NCBI GenBank assembly: GCA_051005515.1
Contig: JBPCJG010000106.1
Location: forward strand, 1 to 33,920
Source of the DNA: Longimicrobiaceae bacterium
GTDB taxonomy: Bacteria; Gemmatimonadota; Gemmatimonadetes; Longimicrobiales; Longimicrobiaceae
Direction of reading: 5' to 3'
Length of the DNA stretch: 33,920 nucleotides
Both the position numbers and the translations under genes were made by a program. Below the pieces are notes generated by a model. That model was not told the DNA's origin. It did not search any database and was given only the letters and a program-made list of their open reading frames with translations. This document shows positions 16,676 to 25,800 of this stretch, piece after piece (positions within the stretch are counted from its first letter, which is position 1; each line of letters starts with the position of its first letter).

Positions 16676-17656
16676 ATGCACGTCGCGGTGCTCGGCGCGA
16701 CCGGCGCGGTGGGGCGGACGATGCTGCGGGTGCTCGAAGAACGGGCGCTGCCGGTGGAGCGGCTGACGCTGCTCGCCTCGCCCCGCTCCGCGGGGACGCA
16801 CCTCGCCTTCGGCGGGCGGGAGTGGGAGGTGTCCGCGCCGCGGGAAGGCTCCTTCCGCGGCGTCGACGTGGCGCTCTTTTCCGCCGGCGCCGATCGCTCG
16901 CGCGAGTGGGCGCCGCGGGCGGCAGAGGAAGGAGCGCTCGTGGTCGACAACTCCTCCGCCTGGCGCATGGATCCGGAGGTCCCGCTGGTGGTCCCCGAGG
17001 TGAACGGCGCGGCGGCGCTGAACCGCCCGAAGGGGATCGTCGCCAACCCCAACTGCTCCACCATCCAGATGGTGGTTGCGCTGGACGCGCTGCACCGCGT
17101 CGCCGGCCTGGAGCGGGTGGTCGCCACCACGCTGCAGTCGGTGAGCGGAGCCGGAGAGCGGGGACGAGCCGCGCTCCTCCGGCAGCGCGAAACGCCCTGT
17201 GACGACTGCACCCCCTTCCTCCGGGCGATCCACGGCAACGTGGTCCCCTGGATCGGTGAGGCCGACGGACAGGGGTGGACGGAGGAAGAGCGCAAGATGA
17301 CGGCGGAGACGCGCAAGATCCTCGCGCTCCCCGAGCTACCGGTCGCGAGCACCTGCGTGCGCGTGCCGGTGGAGGTGGGCCACGCGGTGCAGCTCGCGGT
17401 GGAAACCTCGCGCCCGCTCTCCGCGGCGGAGGCTTGCGCCGCGCTCGCGGCGCGGCCGGGGATCCGCGTGGCCCACGCCGCGGCGGACTTCCCGACGCCG
17501 CTCGAGGTGGCGGGGCGCGACGAGGTGTTCGTCGGCAGGGTGCGCGCCGATCCGCACCTGCCGCGGACGCTGCACCTCTGGGTGGTCGCCGACAACCTGC
17601 GCAAGGGAGCGGCTACGAACGCGGTGCAGATCGTCGAGGAGGAGCTCGGGAAATGA
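16676..17656 (+). CDS. asd: Aspartate-semialdehyde dehydrogenase
   Basis: 326 aa. 'VAVLGATGAVG' Rossmann motif and active-site 'ANPNCSTIQM'. Directly abuts the lysC stop. Confidence 0.9.
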   Translation: MHVAVLGATGAVGRTMLRVLEERALPVERLTLLASPRSAGTHLAFGGREWEVSAPREGSFRGVDVALFSAGADRSREWAPRAAEEGALVVDNSSAWRMDPEVPLVVPEVNGAAALNRPKGIVANPNCSTIQMVVALDALHRVAGLERVVATTLQSVSGAGERGRAALLRQRETPCDDCTPFLRAIHGNVVPWIGEADGQGWTEEERKMTAETRKILALPELPVASTCVRVPVEVGHAVQLAVETSRPLSAAEACAALAARPGIRVAHAAADFPTPLEVAGRDEVFVGRVRADPHLPRTLHLWVVADNLRKGAATNAVQIVEEELGK

Positions 17657-18138
17657 CCCCGCGCCGCACCGTCCGGACGCGCCCGCCCAGCCGCATCGAA
17701 ACCAGCGCCGGCGGAGTCGTTTTCCGCTGCCGCGGCGGGATCGTCCGCGTGCTGTTGGTGCGCGATCGGTACGGACATTGGGGTCTCCCGAAGGGACATG
17801 TAGAAGCGGGCGAAACCGCCTCCGAGGCGGCGCTCCGGGAGGTCCGCGAGGAAACCGGCCTTTCCGAGCTGGCCATGGGTCGCGAACTCGACACCATCGA
17901 CTGGTTCTTTCGCTTCGGCGGGCAGACGATCCACAAGTACTGCCACTTCTTTCTCGTGGAGGCCCTCCGCGGAGAGGCGGTACCCCAGCCGGAGGAAGGC
18001 GTCTCGGAGTGCGTCTGGCTGTCGATCCCGGAGGCGATCGAAGCCATCGCGTACGAAAACGCCCGGGAGGTCCTCCGCCTGGCGGCGGAGGACCTCCCGG
18101 GTGTGTCAGCTTCGGCCGGACCGGGCCCTGCTCAGTAG
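17653..18138 (+). CDS. NUDIX hydrolase
   Basis: ATG 17653 overlaps the asd stop (ATGA). Nudix box 'GHVEAGETASEAALREVREETGL'. Confidence 0.8.
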   Translation: MTPRRTVRTRPPSRIETSAGGVVFRCRGGIVRVLLVRDRYGHWGLPKGHVEAGETASEAALREVREETGLSELAMGRELDTIDWFFRFGGQTIHKYCHFFLVEALRGEAVPQPEEGVSECVWLSIPEAIEAIAYENAREVLRLAAEDLPGVSASAGPGPAQ

Positions 18139-18389
18139 TTCTCCGCTTCGGATCCTTCCCCGCCGAGCACCTTCTTTCCCAGCCAGATCCCCGCCGGAAT
18201 GGCGACCGCTGCGGCCGCCAGACCCTTGGCGGCAGTGCGCAGTGGCGAGCGCCTGCGGCGCGGCCTGCCGACCATCTCCGCCGCCCAGTCGATCCCCTTG
18301 ATCACCGCCGCCTTTTTCGGATTCGTGATCGCGAACATGGCCTTGGGCGCCTTCAGCCACGCAGCCGTCTTCAGTGCGCGTTTCAGCAT
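18132..18389 (-). CDS. Small basic hypothetical protein with one C-terminal hydrophobic segment
   Basis: 85-aa ORF with high third-position GC, Lys/Arg-rich, 'GLAAAAVAIPAGIWLG' segment. Its 3' end overlaps the NUDIX gene by 7 nt (convergent). No family recognised. Confidence 0.4.
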   Translation of the reverse strand: MLKRALKTAAWLKAPKAMFAITNPKKAAVIKGIDWAAEMVGRPRRRRSPLRTAAKGLAAAAVAIPAGIWLGKKVLGGEGSEAENY

Positions 18390-18584
18390 CCTGTCCTCTC
18401 CTCGTGTAAGCGTCGTCTAAAAGTATCCGGTTCGATACGCAGGAAGCGTGCGCGCAGGCGGCTGATCGCGGCGCGCATTTTGTTTCGACCGGCATGAAGG
18501 TTGCTCCTCCACCACCACCCCGACCGGCTCCCCTCCGCGGGGGCTTCCGCAGCAGCTCTCAGGCGCTCACCAGAACCGGGAGAG

Positions 18585-18857
18585 ATGACAGAGATCACGG
18601 CGGAACTCGAGGCGGTCGAGACATGGCGCGGGGAGTGCTTTTCACGCCTGGATCGCCTGGCGTTCGCGCTCGAAATGGAAGCGGCGGAGCTGGTGTCGGC
18701 GGAGCGTCTGGCCGACGCGGAGTCACTCCAGGCGACGCGGCTGGGCGTGCGCCTCGCGCAGCGGCTGGTTTCCGGCGTTCCCTCCCCCGAGGTGGACGGC
18801 CGGCTTGGTCGGTGGGAAGAGGCCTATCTGAGCCGTCTCGCTCCGGCCGCTTCGTGA
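18585..18857 (+). CDS. Hypothetical 90-aa helical protein, translationally coupled to the methyltransferase
   Basis: ATG 18585 (GGGAGAG upstream) in track ORF 18501..18857. Its stop overlaps the GTG start of the next gene (GTGA). Glu/Ala/Leu-rich. No family recognised. Confidence 0.45.
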   Translation: MTEITAELEAVETWRGECFSRLDRLAFALEMEAAELVSAERLADAESLQATRLGVRLAQRLVSGVPSPEVDGRLGRWEEAYLSRLAPAAS

Positions 18858-19567
18858 ACGCCCCCACCATCGCCCGGCGCATCTCGGAGCTGGGTCCGTG
18901 GTTCCACGACCTGGAAGTGCGGGGGGTCCGCACGGCCCCCGATCATCCGCTCGGCGACTTCCTGCGCGACCTCTGGCGGCAGGTCGCAACCGCGTTTCCC
19001 GCGGACATGACCGGGCTGACGGCGCTCGACATCGGCTGCAACGCGGGCTTCTATTCGCAGCAGCTCTCCCGCCGCGGCGCCACCGTCACGGCGATCGATC
19101 ACGATCCGCACTACCTGGCGCAGGCGCGTTTCGCGGCCAGCGCGGCGGGGGCGGAGATCGAGTTTCTGGAGCTCGACGTCTACGACGTCGGCTCGCTCGG
19201 CCGGCGCTTCGACTACGTGCTCTTCATGGGGGTGTTCTACCACCTTCGCCATCCGCTCCTCGCGCTCGACCGGGTGGCGGCGCTGCCGCGGCGCCGGCTC
19301 GTCTTCCAGAGCATGCTGCGCGGCTGCGGCGGGACGCTGCCGCTGGAATCCGACTACCCCTTCGAGGAGCGGGCGATCTTCGAGCACCCCCGCTTCCCCG
19401 CGATGTACTTCGTGGAAGGAGAGTACGCGAATGATCCCACCAACTGGTGGATCCCCAACCAGGCGGGGATGGAGGCGATGCTCCGCTCCGCCGGCTTGCG
19501 GATCGATGAACGCATCGGCGGAGAAGTCTACATCTGCTCCCCCGCAGACATGGAGGTGGCGGCATAG
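18854..19567 (+). CDS. Class I SAM-dependent methyltransferase, DUF1698/CmoB-like (resembles the TIGR04290 family from memory)
   Basis: GTG 18854 in track ORF 18494..19567 gives 237 aa. 'GPWFHDLEVRG' N-terminal motif, SAM motif I 'ALDIGCNAGFYS', 'YVLFMGVFYHLRHPL', and C-terminal 'NWWIPN...MLRSAGL'. Confidence 0.75.
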   Translation: MNAPTIARRISELGPWFHDLEVRGVRTAPDHPLGDFLRDLWRQVATAFPADMTGLTALDIGCNAGFYSQQLSRRGATVTAIDHDPHYLAQARFAASAAGAEIEFLELDVYDVGSLGRRFDYVLFMGVFYHLRHPLLALDRVAALPRRRLVFQSMLRGCGGTLPLESDYPFEERAIFEHPRFPAMYFVEGEYANDPTNWWIPNQAGMEAMLRSAGLRIDERIGGEVYICSPADMEVAA

Positions 19568-20430
19568 CGCTCCACCACCCGGCTCGCGAACCAGACGAAC
19601 TCTTCGAGCGCTACCGGTGGGCTGGTATGGTCGGCCCGGACCCCCAGCGAGGGCGGCGTGAAGCAGAGGGTCACGCACACCTCGAAGGGTTCGAGAGCCG
19701 CCATGATCGTGTCGAACCATTCCCATGCGCCGGGCAGGTAGCTTTCCGCCCAGCTCAGGCCGGTCCGCACCCGGCGCACGCCCAGCCGCTGCAGCCAGTC
19801 GGCGGCCAGGGTGAGCGACGCTTCGTCTCGCCACTGAAACCACTGGCAGATCCCGAATTCGGGGGAGAACTCCTCGACGGCACGCTTCGGAGTACCGTCC
19901 CAGCGCAGCAACCCGAAGTGGAAGTGCCGGAAGTAGGAGCTTCCCTCCGCCTGCTTGTGGCGGGTGGTGGCTTCGTGCGCGGGGGCGAGGTCGAGAAGGG
20001 AATACCAGAAGACCTCTTCATCGCCCAGGATCCGGAGACTTTCGCGCAGCCCCCACGCCGCGAACTCCTCGTTCGCGAAGGAGGAGACGCCGGTCTCGGT
20101 GATCCATACCGGCATCCCGAATTCGGCGCGGATCGCGGCCAGCTTATGCGGCCACTCCCGCAGCGGCCAGAGATTCCAGTCGAGCGGGAAGCCGTGAACG
20201 GCGAGCACGTCCACCGCCTCGAGCACTCCCATGACCCGCATGCGGCGCAGAAAGCTCGGGTCGATGGGAGAGATGCCGCCGAGCACGAGCGGCAGCTCGG
20301 TACCCGACTCACGCAGGGCGGCGGCGGTTTCGCGCACCAGCGCGGCGTACCGGTCCCAGCCCGGATCGAGGGTAAAGTCCCAGTGAGAAAGGTTGTTCGG
20401 TTCGTTCCAGAGCTTTACGGAAGTGATCAC
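19528..20430 (-). CDS. Clan GH-A-like glycoside hydrolase (TIM barrel) with its motifs in circularly permuted order
   Basis: 300-aa ORF with a GTG start. 'LWNEPN' (strand-4 acid/base motif) at residues 7-12 and 'WITETG' (strand-7 nucleophile motif) near residue 110. A C-terminal-type 'FGLLRWDGTPKRAVEEF' sits near residue 180. It is followed by N-terminal-type sequence 'FGICQW...LQRLGVRRVRTGLSWAE...FEVCVTLCFTPP...FASRVVERY'. Confidence 0.65.
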   Translation of the reverse strand: MITSVKLWNEPNNLSHWDFTLDPGWDRYAALVRETAAALRESGTELPLVLGGISPIDPSFLRRMRVMGVLEAVDVLAVHGFPLDWNLWPLREWPHKLAAIRAEFGMPVWITETGVSSFANEEFAAWGLRESLRILGDEEVFWYSLLDLAPAHEATTRHKQAEGSSYFRHFHFGLLRWDGTPKRAVEEFSPEFGICQWFQWRDEASLTLAADWLQRLGVRRVRTGLSWAESYLPGAWEWFDTIMAALEPFEVCVTLCFTPPSLGVRADHTSPPVALEEFVWFASRVVERYAATSMSAGEQM

Positions 20431-20447
20431 TTCGGCGGAGGTGCGGC

Positions 20448-21575
20448 TTGAGCGGACGGAGCGTCCTGGTGACCGGCGGAGCGGGGTTCGTGGGGAGCCA
20501 CCTGGTCGACGCCCTGCTCACGCGGGGAGACCGGGTGCGGATCCTCGACAACCTCGACCCGCAAGTTCACGGCCCCCAGCGGCGGGAGCCGGCCTGGCTC
20601 CCGGACGAGGCGGAGCTGCTGCGGGGCGACGTGCGCGACCCCGACGCAGTGGATCGCGCGGTGCGCGACGTGGACGTGATCTTTCATCTGGCGGCGGCGG
20701 TCGGCGTGGGGCAGTCGATGTACCGCATCGCCGAGTACACCGCGGTCAACACCCTGGGGACGGCGAATCTGCTCCAGGCCCTGGTGGATCGGGAGATCGA
20801 ACCCGAGCGTCTGGTCGTAGCCAGCTCCATGTCGATCTACGGCGAAGGCCGCTACGCGCGTCCCGACGGTAGAAATCCATCGGTCGCGCGACGCTCGCCC
20901 GAACAGCTACGGGCGCACGACTGGGAAGTGCGCGACCGCGATGGCACACCGTTGGAGCCGCTCCCCACCGACGAGGCGAAGCCGCTGGAGCCCGCTTCGA
21001 TCTACGCCCTCACCAAGGCAGACCAGGAGAAGATGGTGCTGCAGATCGGCGACGCGTACGGGATCCCGTCCGTGGCGCTGCGCTTCTTCAACATCTACGG
21101 GCCCCGGCAGTCGCTTTCCAACCCGTACACCGGCGTGGCGGCGATCTTCAGCTCCCGTCTGCTCAACGGCCAGCCGCCGCTGATCTTCGAGGATGGGGAA
21201 CAGCGGCGGGACTTCGTCTCCGTCCACGACGTGGTGAGCGCTCTGCTGCTGGCGGGTGAAGAGGGCGGTGCGGTGGGGGAGGCGCTGAACGTCGGGTCCG
21301 GGAGCGCGGTTTCCGTGCGTCAGGTAGCCGAAACGCTCGCGGAGGTGCTGGGCGCGGCTTTGCAGCCGGAGGTGACGGGCCGCTACCGGGTGGGCGACAT
21401 CCGCAACTGCTTTGCCGACATCACCCGGGCGCGCGAGCGGATCGGGTATGCACCCAGGGTCTCCTTCCCCGCCGGGATGGCGGAGCTGGTGGAGTGGCTA
21501 CAGGAGCAGGAACGGCCGCAGGATGGCCTCAGGGAACACGCCGCGGAGCTGGCCGCCCGCGGTCTCACCATCTAA
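20448..21575 (+). CDS. NAD-dependent epimerase/dehydratase (extended SDR) with an insertion before the catalytic YxxxK
   Basis: 375 aa. TTG start with GGAGG 6 nt upstream. 'VLVTGGAGFVGSHL' and catalytic 'YALTK'. About 40-aa insert 'GEGRYARPDGRNPSVARRSPEQLRAHDWEVRDRDGTPLEPLP'. Confidence 0.8.
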   Translation: MSGRSVLVTGGAGFVGSHLVDALLTRGDRVRILDNLDPQVHGPQRREPAWLPDEAELLRGDVRDPDAVDRAVRDVDVIFHLAAAVGVGQSMYRIAEYTAVNTLGTANLLQALVDREIEPERLVVASSMSIYGEGRYARPDGRNPSVARRSPEQLRAHDWEVRDRDGTPLEPLPTDEAKPLEPASIYALTKADQEKMVLQIGDAYGIPSVALRFFNIYGPRQSLSNPYTGVAAIFSSRLLNGQPPLIFEDGEQRRDFVSVHDVVSALLLAGEEGGAVGEALNVGSGSAVSVRQVAETLAEVLGAALQPEVTGRYRVGDIRNCFADITRARERIGYAPRVSFPAGMAELVEWLQEQERPQDGLREHAAELAARGLTI

Positions 21576-21597
21576 TCGTCTTAAACGGGGAGTGGAG

Positions 21598-22674
21598 ATG
21601 AGGGGGGGTTACACGCTGATCACGGGAGGCGCCGGCTTCATCGGCTGCAACCTCGCCGACGCCATCCTTGCGGACGGCGGAGCGGTGGTGGTCGCCGACA
21701 ACTTCTCGCGGCCGGGAGTGCGCAGCAACGCCGCCTGGCTGCGGAACCGGCACGGAGGCCGGGTGCGCATCGAGAACGCGGACGTGCGCGACGCCGCGCG
21801 AGTAGCCCAGCTCGTCGCCGGGGCGCGCGAGATCTTTCATCTGGCCGCGCAGGTCGCCGTGACCACTTCGTTCGAAGATCCCGTGCTCGACCTGCACACC
21901 AACCTGCTCGGCACCTTCAACCTGCTCGAAGCCGCGCGCGCCCTGCCGTCCCCACCGCCCCTGCTCTTCACCTCTACCAACAAGGTGTACGGCGAGCTTT
22001 CCGACCTCCCCGTCCAAAAGAATGGCGGGGCGTACGAGTACGCCGACGGCGGCGACGGAGTTTCCGAGTCGGCCCCGCTCGACTTCCACTCCCCCTACGG
22101 CTGCTCCAAGGGCGCCGCCGACCAGTACGTCCGCGACTACGCGCGCGTCTTCGGCCTGCGCACCCTGGTCTTCCGCATGAGCTGCATCTACGGAACGCGT
22201 CAGCTCGGGACCGAAGACCAGGGGTGGGTAGCGCACTTCGCCCGCTCGCTCCTCGTGGGGCGGCCGATCACCGTGTACGGAGACGGCTGTCAGGTGCGGG
22301 ACATTCTGTGGATCGGCGACCTGGTCGCCGCGCTGCGCACCGCCATGGCCAATGTCGAGCGGCTTTCCGGAAGCGTCTTCAACATCGGTGGCGGGAGCGG
22401 GAACGCGGTTTCGGTGCGGCGCGTGATCGACCGCTTGCAGGAGATCACCGGCCGTGAGGTGCCGGTGGAAGCGGACGCCTGGCGGCCGGGCGACCAGCGC
22501 ATCTACGTGTCCGACACCTCCCACGCCCGGGACGCGTTCGGCTGGCGCCCTCGGATGCCGTGGGAGAAGGGGCTGGAGCGGCTGGTGGAATGGTTGAACG
22601 AGACGGAGCTGCCGGCACTCCACTCCCCCGCGCCCGCGCGGCGGGAGTCGCGTCCGGTCCTGGCGGTGGGATGA
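21598..22674 (+). CDS. NAD-dependent epimerase, CDP-paratose/tyvelose 2-epimerase-like extended SDR
   Basis: ATG 21598 (GGGGAGTGGAG upstream) in track ORF 21412..22674. 'LITGGAGFIGCNL', 'SPYGCSKGAADQYVRDYARVFGL' and 'RMSCIYGTRQLGTEDQGWVAHF' resemble RfbE-type 2-epimerases. Confidence 0.75.
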   Translation: MRGGYTLITGGAGFIGCNLADAILADGGAVVVADNFSRPGVRSNAAWLRNRHGGRVRIENADVRDAARVAQLVAGAREIFHLAAQVAVTTSFEDPVLDLHTNLLGTFNLLEAARALPSPPPLLFTSTNKVYGELSDLPVQKNGGAYEYADGGDGVSESAPLDFHSPYGCSKGAADQYVRDYARVFGLRTLVFRMSCIYGTRQLGTEDQGWVAHFARSLLVGRPITVYGDGCQVRDILWIGDLVAALRTAMANVERLSGSVFNIGGGSGNAVSVRRVIDRLQEITGREVPVEADAWRPGDQRIYVSDTSHARDAFGWRPRMPWEKGLERLVEWLNETELPALHSPAPARRESRPVLAVG

Positions 22675-23654
22675 GCGCGAGGGGGGTCGCACAGCGGACG
22701 ATGCGGGCCGCGGTCCTCGCCTCCCCTGGCTGCCTGGAGCTGCGGGAGCGGCCGATCCCCGCGCCGACGTCCGGCGAGGTGCTCGTGCGGTTGGAGGGAT
22801 CGGGGGTGTGCGCGTCGAACCTGGCCGTGTGGGCGGGGCAGCCGTGGTTCGACTACCCGCTCCCGGCCGGCGCCCCGGGGCACGAGGGGTGGGGTGTCGT
22901 GGACGCCGTCGGATCCGCGGTGGCGGAAGTGGCGGAAGGGGACCGCGTGGCGCTCCTTTCGCAGAGCGCGTATGCCGAATACGACATGGTGTCGGCCGAC
23001 CAGATCGTGCCGCTGCCTCCCGGGCTCGACGGCGCCGCCTTTCCGGGAGAGCCGCTCGGCTGCGCGATGAACATCTTCCGCCGCAGCGGCGTCGCCGCGG
23101 GACAGACCATCGCCGTCGTCGGGATCGGCTTTCTAGGCGCGCTGCTCACGCAGCTCGCCAGTGGCGTCGGTGCGCGCGTGATCGCCGTCTCCCGGCGCGA
23201 CTTATCGCTTTCGGTAGGCACCGCGATGGGCGCTGCAGCGGCAGTACCGCTCCAGGATCCCTCGTCGACCGTGGACGAGGTGCGCGAGCTCACGGGCGGA
23301 GAGCTCTGCGACGTGGTCATCGAGGCGACCGGCAAGCAATCGCCGCTCGACCTGGCTGCGAAATTGACCCGCGTCCGCGGTCGGCTGGTCATCGCCGGCT
23401 ACCACCAGGACGGGCCGCGGCAGGTGGACATGCAGCTCTGGAACTGGCGGGGTCTGGACGTGATCAACGCGCACGAACGCGACCCGGCAGTCTACCGGCA
23501 GGGGATGCGCGAAGCCGTCGAAGCCATCGTATCCGGACGGCTCGACCCGGCGCTGCTCTATACGCACCGCTACCCCCTCGAACGGCTGGACGAGGCGCTC
23601 GACGCGACCCGCGACCGCCCCGACGGCTTTCTCAAGGCGCTGGTGACGGTGTGA
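22671..23654 (+). CDS. Zinc-type alcohol dehydrogenase / MDR-family oxidoreductase
   Basis: ATG 22671 overlaps the previous stop (ATGA). 'GSGVCASN', 'GHEGWGVV', and Rossmann 'VVGIGFLGALL'. Confidence 0.8.
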   Translation: MSARGVAQRTMRAAVLASPGCLELRERPIPAPTSGEVLVRLEGSGVCASNLAVWAGQPWFDYPLPAGAPGHEGWGVVDAVGSAVAEVAEGDRVALLSQSAYAEYDMVSADQIVPLPPGLDGAAFPGEPLGCAMNIFRRSGVAAGQTIAVVGIGFLGALLTQLASGVGARVIAVSRRDLSLSVGTAMGAAAAVPLQDPSSTVDEVRELTGGELCDVVIEATGKQSPLDLAAKLTRVRGRLVIAGYHQDGPRQVDMQLWNWRGLDVINAHERDPAVYRQGMREAVEAIVSGRLDPALLYTHRYPLERLDEALDATRDRPDGFLKALVTV

Positions 23655-24688
23655 ACGCCGGGGCGGCTGCGCCCGCGTCCGCGGCAGGAACCGCCACCCC
23701 GCCCACCCGTCCCCGCCTGGCGTTCCTCGGCGTCGGGTGGATCGGGCGCCACCGCCTGCAAGCGGTGGCGGAGAGCGGGGTCGCCGAGATCGTGGCGATC
23801 GCCGACCCGGACGCAGCCGCGGCCGCCGCGGCGAGCGACGTCGCCCCCGACGCCGCACCCTGCGAGAACCTCGAGGCGTTGCTCGCCACGGAGCCGGACG
23901 GCGTGGTGATCGCGACGCCGAACGCGCTGCACGCCGGGCAGGCGCTGCGGGCGCTCGCAGCGGGAGCCGCGGTCTTCTGCCAGAAGCCGCTCGGGCGCAG
24001 CGCCGCGGAGACGCGCGGCGTCGTGGACGCCGCGCGCGCCGCGGACCGCCTGCTCGAGGTGGACCTGTCGTACCGGCACACCGGGGCGGCGCGGGCGGTC
24101 CGCGAGTTGGTCGCGGACGGCGCGATCGGCCGTGTCTACGCCGCGCGGCTGGTCTTCCATAACGCCTACGGCCCCGACAAGGCGTGGTTCCGCCACCCGC
24201 GTCTGGCCGGCGGAGGGTGCGTCATGGACCTGGGGGTGCACCTGGTGGACCTGGCGCTCTGGACCCTCGGCTTCCCCCCAGTTGTCGGCGTCTCCAGCCG
24301 CCGCTTCGCCGGGGGCGAGCGGCTGGCACACGGCGACGGGCGCGCCGAGGACTTCGCCACCGCGCGGCTCGATCTGGACACGGGTGCCGTGGTAGAGGTC
24401 GCCTGCTCCTGGGATCTGCACGCGGGAAGGGACGCGACCATCGCCGCGGATTTCCACGGGTCGGAGGGCGGCGCATCCCTCCACAATCTGCGCGGCTCGT
24501 TCTACGACTTCGCCGCGGAGCGCTTCCGCGGCACCTCCGCCGAGCCGCTCGCCGAGCCGCCCGACGACTGGGGAGGACGCGCGATCGTCCGCTGGGTCGA
24601 GCGCGTCGCCGCGGGCGCGGCTTTCGATGCAGCGGCGACGGAGCTGGTGGCGGTCGCCGAGGTGCTGGACGCCATTCTGGGGAGATGA
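23651..24688 (+). CDS. Gfo/Idh/MocA-family NAD(P)-dependent oxidoreductase
   Basis: GTG 23651 overlaps the previous stop (GTGA). 'LAFLGVGWIGRHR' Rossmann motif and 'VFCQKPL' (EKP-type motif). 345 aa. Confidence 0.75.
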   Translation: MNAGAAAPASAAGTATPPTRPRLAFLGVGWIGRHRLQAVAESGVAEIVAIADPDAAAAAAASDVAPDAAPCENLEALLATEPDGVVIATPNALHAGQALRALAAGAAVFCQKPLGRSAAETRGVVDAARAADRLLEVDLSYRHTGAARAVRELVADGAIGRVYAARLVFHNAYGPDKAWFRHPRLAGGGCVMDLGVHLVDLALWTLGFPPVVGVSSRRFAGGERLAHGDGRAEDFATARLDLDTGAVVEVACSWDLHAGRDATIAADFHGSEGGASLHNLRGSFYDFAAERFRGTSAEPLAEPPDDWGGRAIVRWVERVAAGAAFDAAATELVAVAEVLDAILGR

Positions 24689-25800
24689 GGGTCTTCCTTA
24701 CGGCGGACACGGTAGGCGGCGTCTGGGACCACGTCGCGACGCTCGCCGGCGAGCTGCGCTCCGCCGGCGACGAGGTGCTGGTCGCCGTAGTGGGCGAGCG
24801 GCGCGACGACCGCTTGGCGGCGCTGGCGCCGGGGGTGGAGGTCACCTCCCGCTCCTACCGGCTGGAGTGGATGCAGGGGGCCGCGGCGGATGTCGCCGCC
24901 GCCGGGGAGTGGCTCGCCCACACCGCCCGGCTCTGGTGCGCCGACCTCGTGCACCTCAACCAGTACGCGTACGCGGTGCACGACTTCGGTGCACCCGTGC
25001 TGGTCGCGGGGCACAGCGACGTGCTTTCCTGGTGGCGCGAAACGCTGGGTCGGGCCGCTCCCGCGGAGTGGCGGGAGTACGGCGGCTGGGTGCGGGCGGG
25101 GCTCGCCGCCGCCGACTCTGTCGTCACGCCGACGTTGTATCAGTCGCGTCTGCTCCTGCGGGAGTACGGGCGCGCCGCCGACCAGGTGATCCACAACGGC
25201 ATCCTGCCCGTCGAGGGGGCCGGTCCTGCCGCCGACGGAAGCGACGGGGTGCTGGTGGTGTGCGCGTGCCGGGCCTGGGACCGCGCCAAGGGCGCGGAGG
25301 TGCTCGACCGCGCCGTCGGCCGCCTCGGCGGCGCCGGCGTGGAGGCGCACCTGCTTGGCGCCACCGTGGCGCCGTCCGGCGAGCGCTACGAGCCGCTGCA
25401 CCTGACGTCGCACGACCGCGTCGAGCGCGCCGAGGTGGACGCGTGGCTGTCGCGGGCGAGCGTGTACGTAGCTCCCTCGCTCTACGAGCCGTTCGGGCTG
25501 GCGCCGCTGGAGGCGGCGTTCGCCGGCTGCGCGCTGCTGCTCTCGGACATCGGCTCCTTTCGGGAGCTATGGGACGGCTGCGCGCGCTTCTTCCCCGCCG
25601 GCAGTGACGCGGCGCTGGCCGCCGCGCTCACCGAGCTGCACGAAGACCCGTCGTCGCGCGACCGGATGGCCGGCTCGGCCCGGCGCCGTGCCGAGCGCCG
25701 CTACACCGCCGACCGTATGGCCGCAGACTACCGTGTGCTGTACGCCGAGCTGGCGGTGAGCGGATCGCCCGCCGCCAGCGCCACCGACGTGCGCGCGTGA
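24685..25800 (+). CDS. GT4-family (GT-B, retaining-type) glycosyltransferase
   Basis: ATG 24685 overlaps the previous stop (ATGA). 'VYVAPSLYEPFGLAPLEAAFAGCALL' E-x7-E motif. No TM segment. Confidence 0.8.
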   Translation: MRVFLTADTVGGVWDHVATLAGELRSAGDEVLVAVVGERRDDRLAALAPGVEVTSRSYRLEWMQGAAADVAAAGEWLAHTARLWCADLVHLNQYAYAVHDFGAPVLVAGHSDVLSWWRETLGRAAPAEWREYGGWVRAGLAAADSVVTPTLYQSRLLLREYGRAADQVIHNGILPVEGAGPAADGSDGVLVVCACRAWDRAKGAEVLDRAVGRLGGAGVEAHLLGATVAPSGERYEPLHLTSHDRVERAEVDAWLSRASVYVAPSLYEPFGLAPLEAAFAGCALLLSDIGSFRELWDGCARFFPAGSDAALAAALTELHEDPSSRDRMAGSARRRAERRYTADRMAADYRVLYAELAVSGSPAASATDVRA

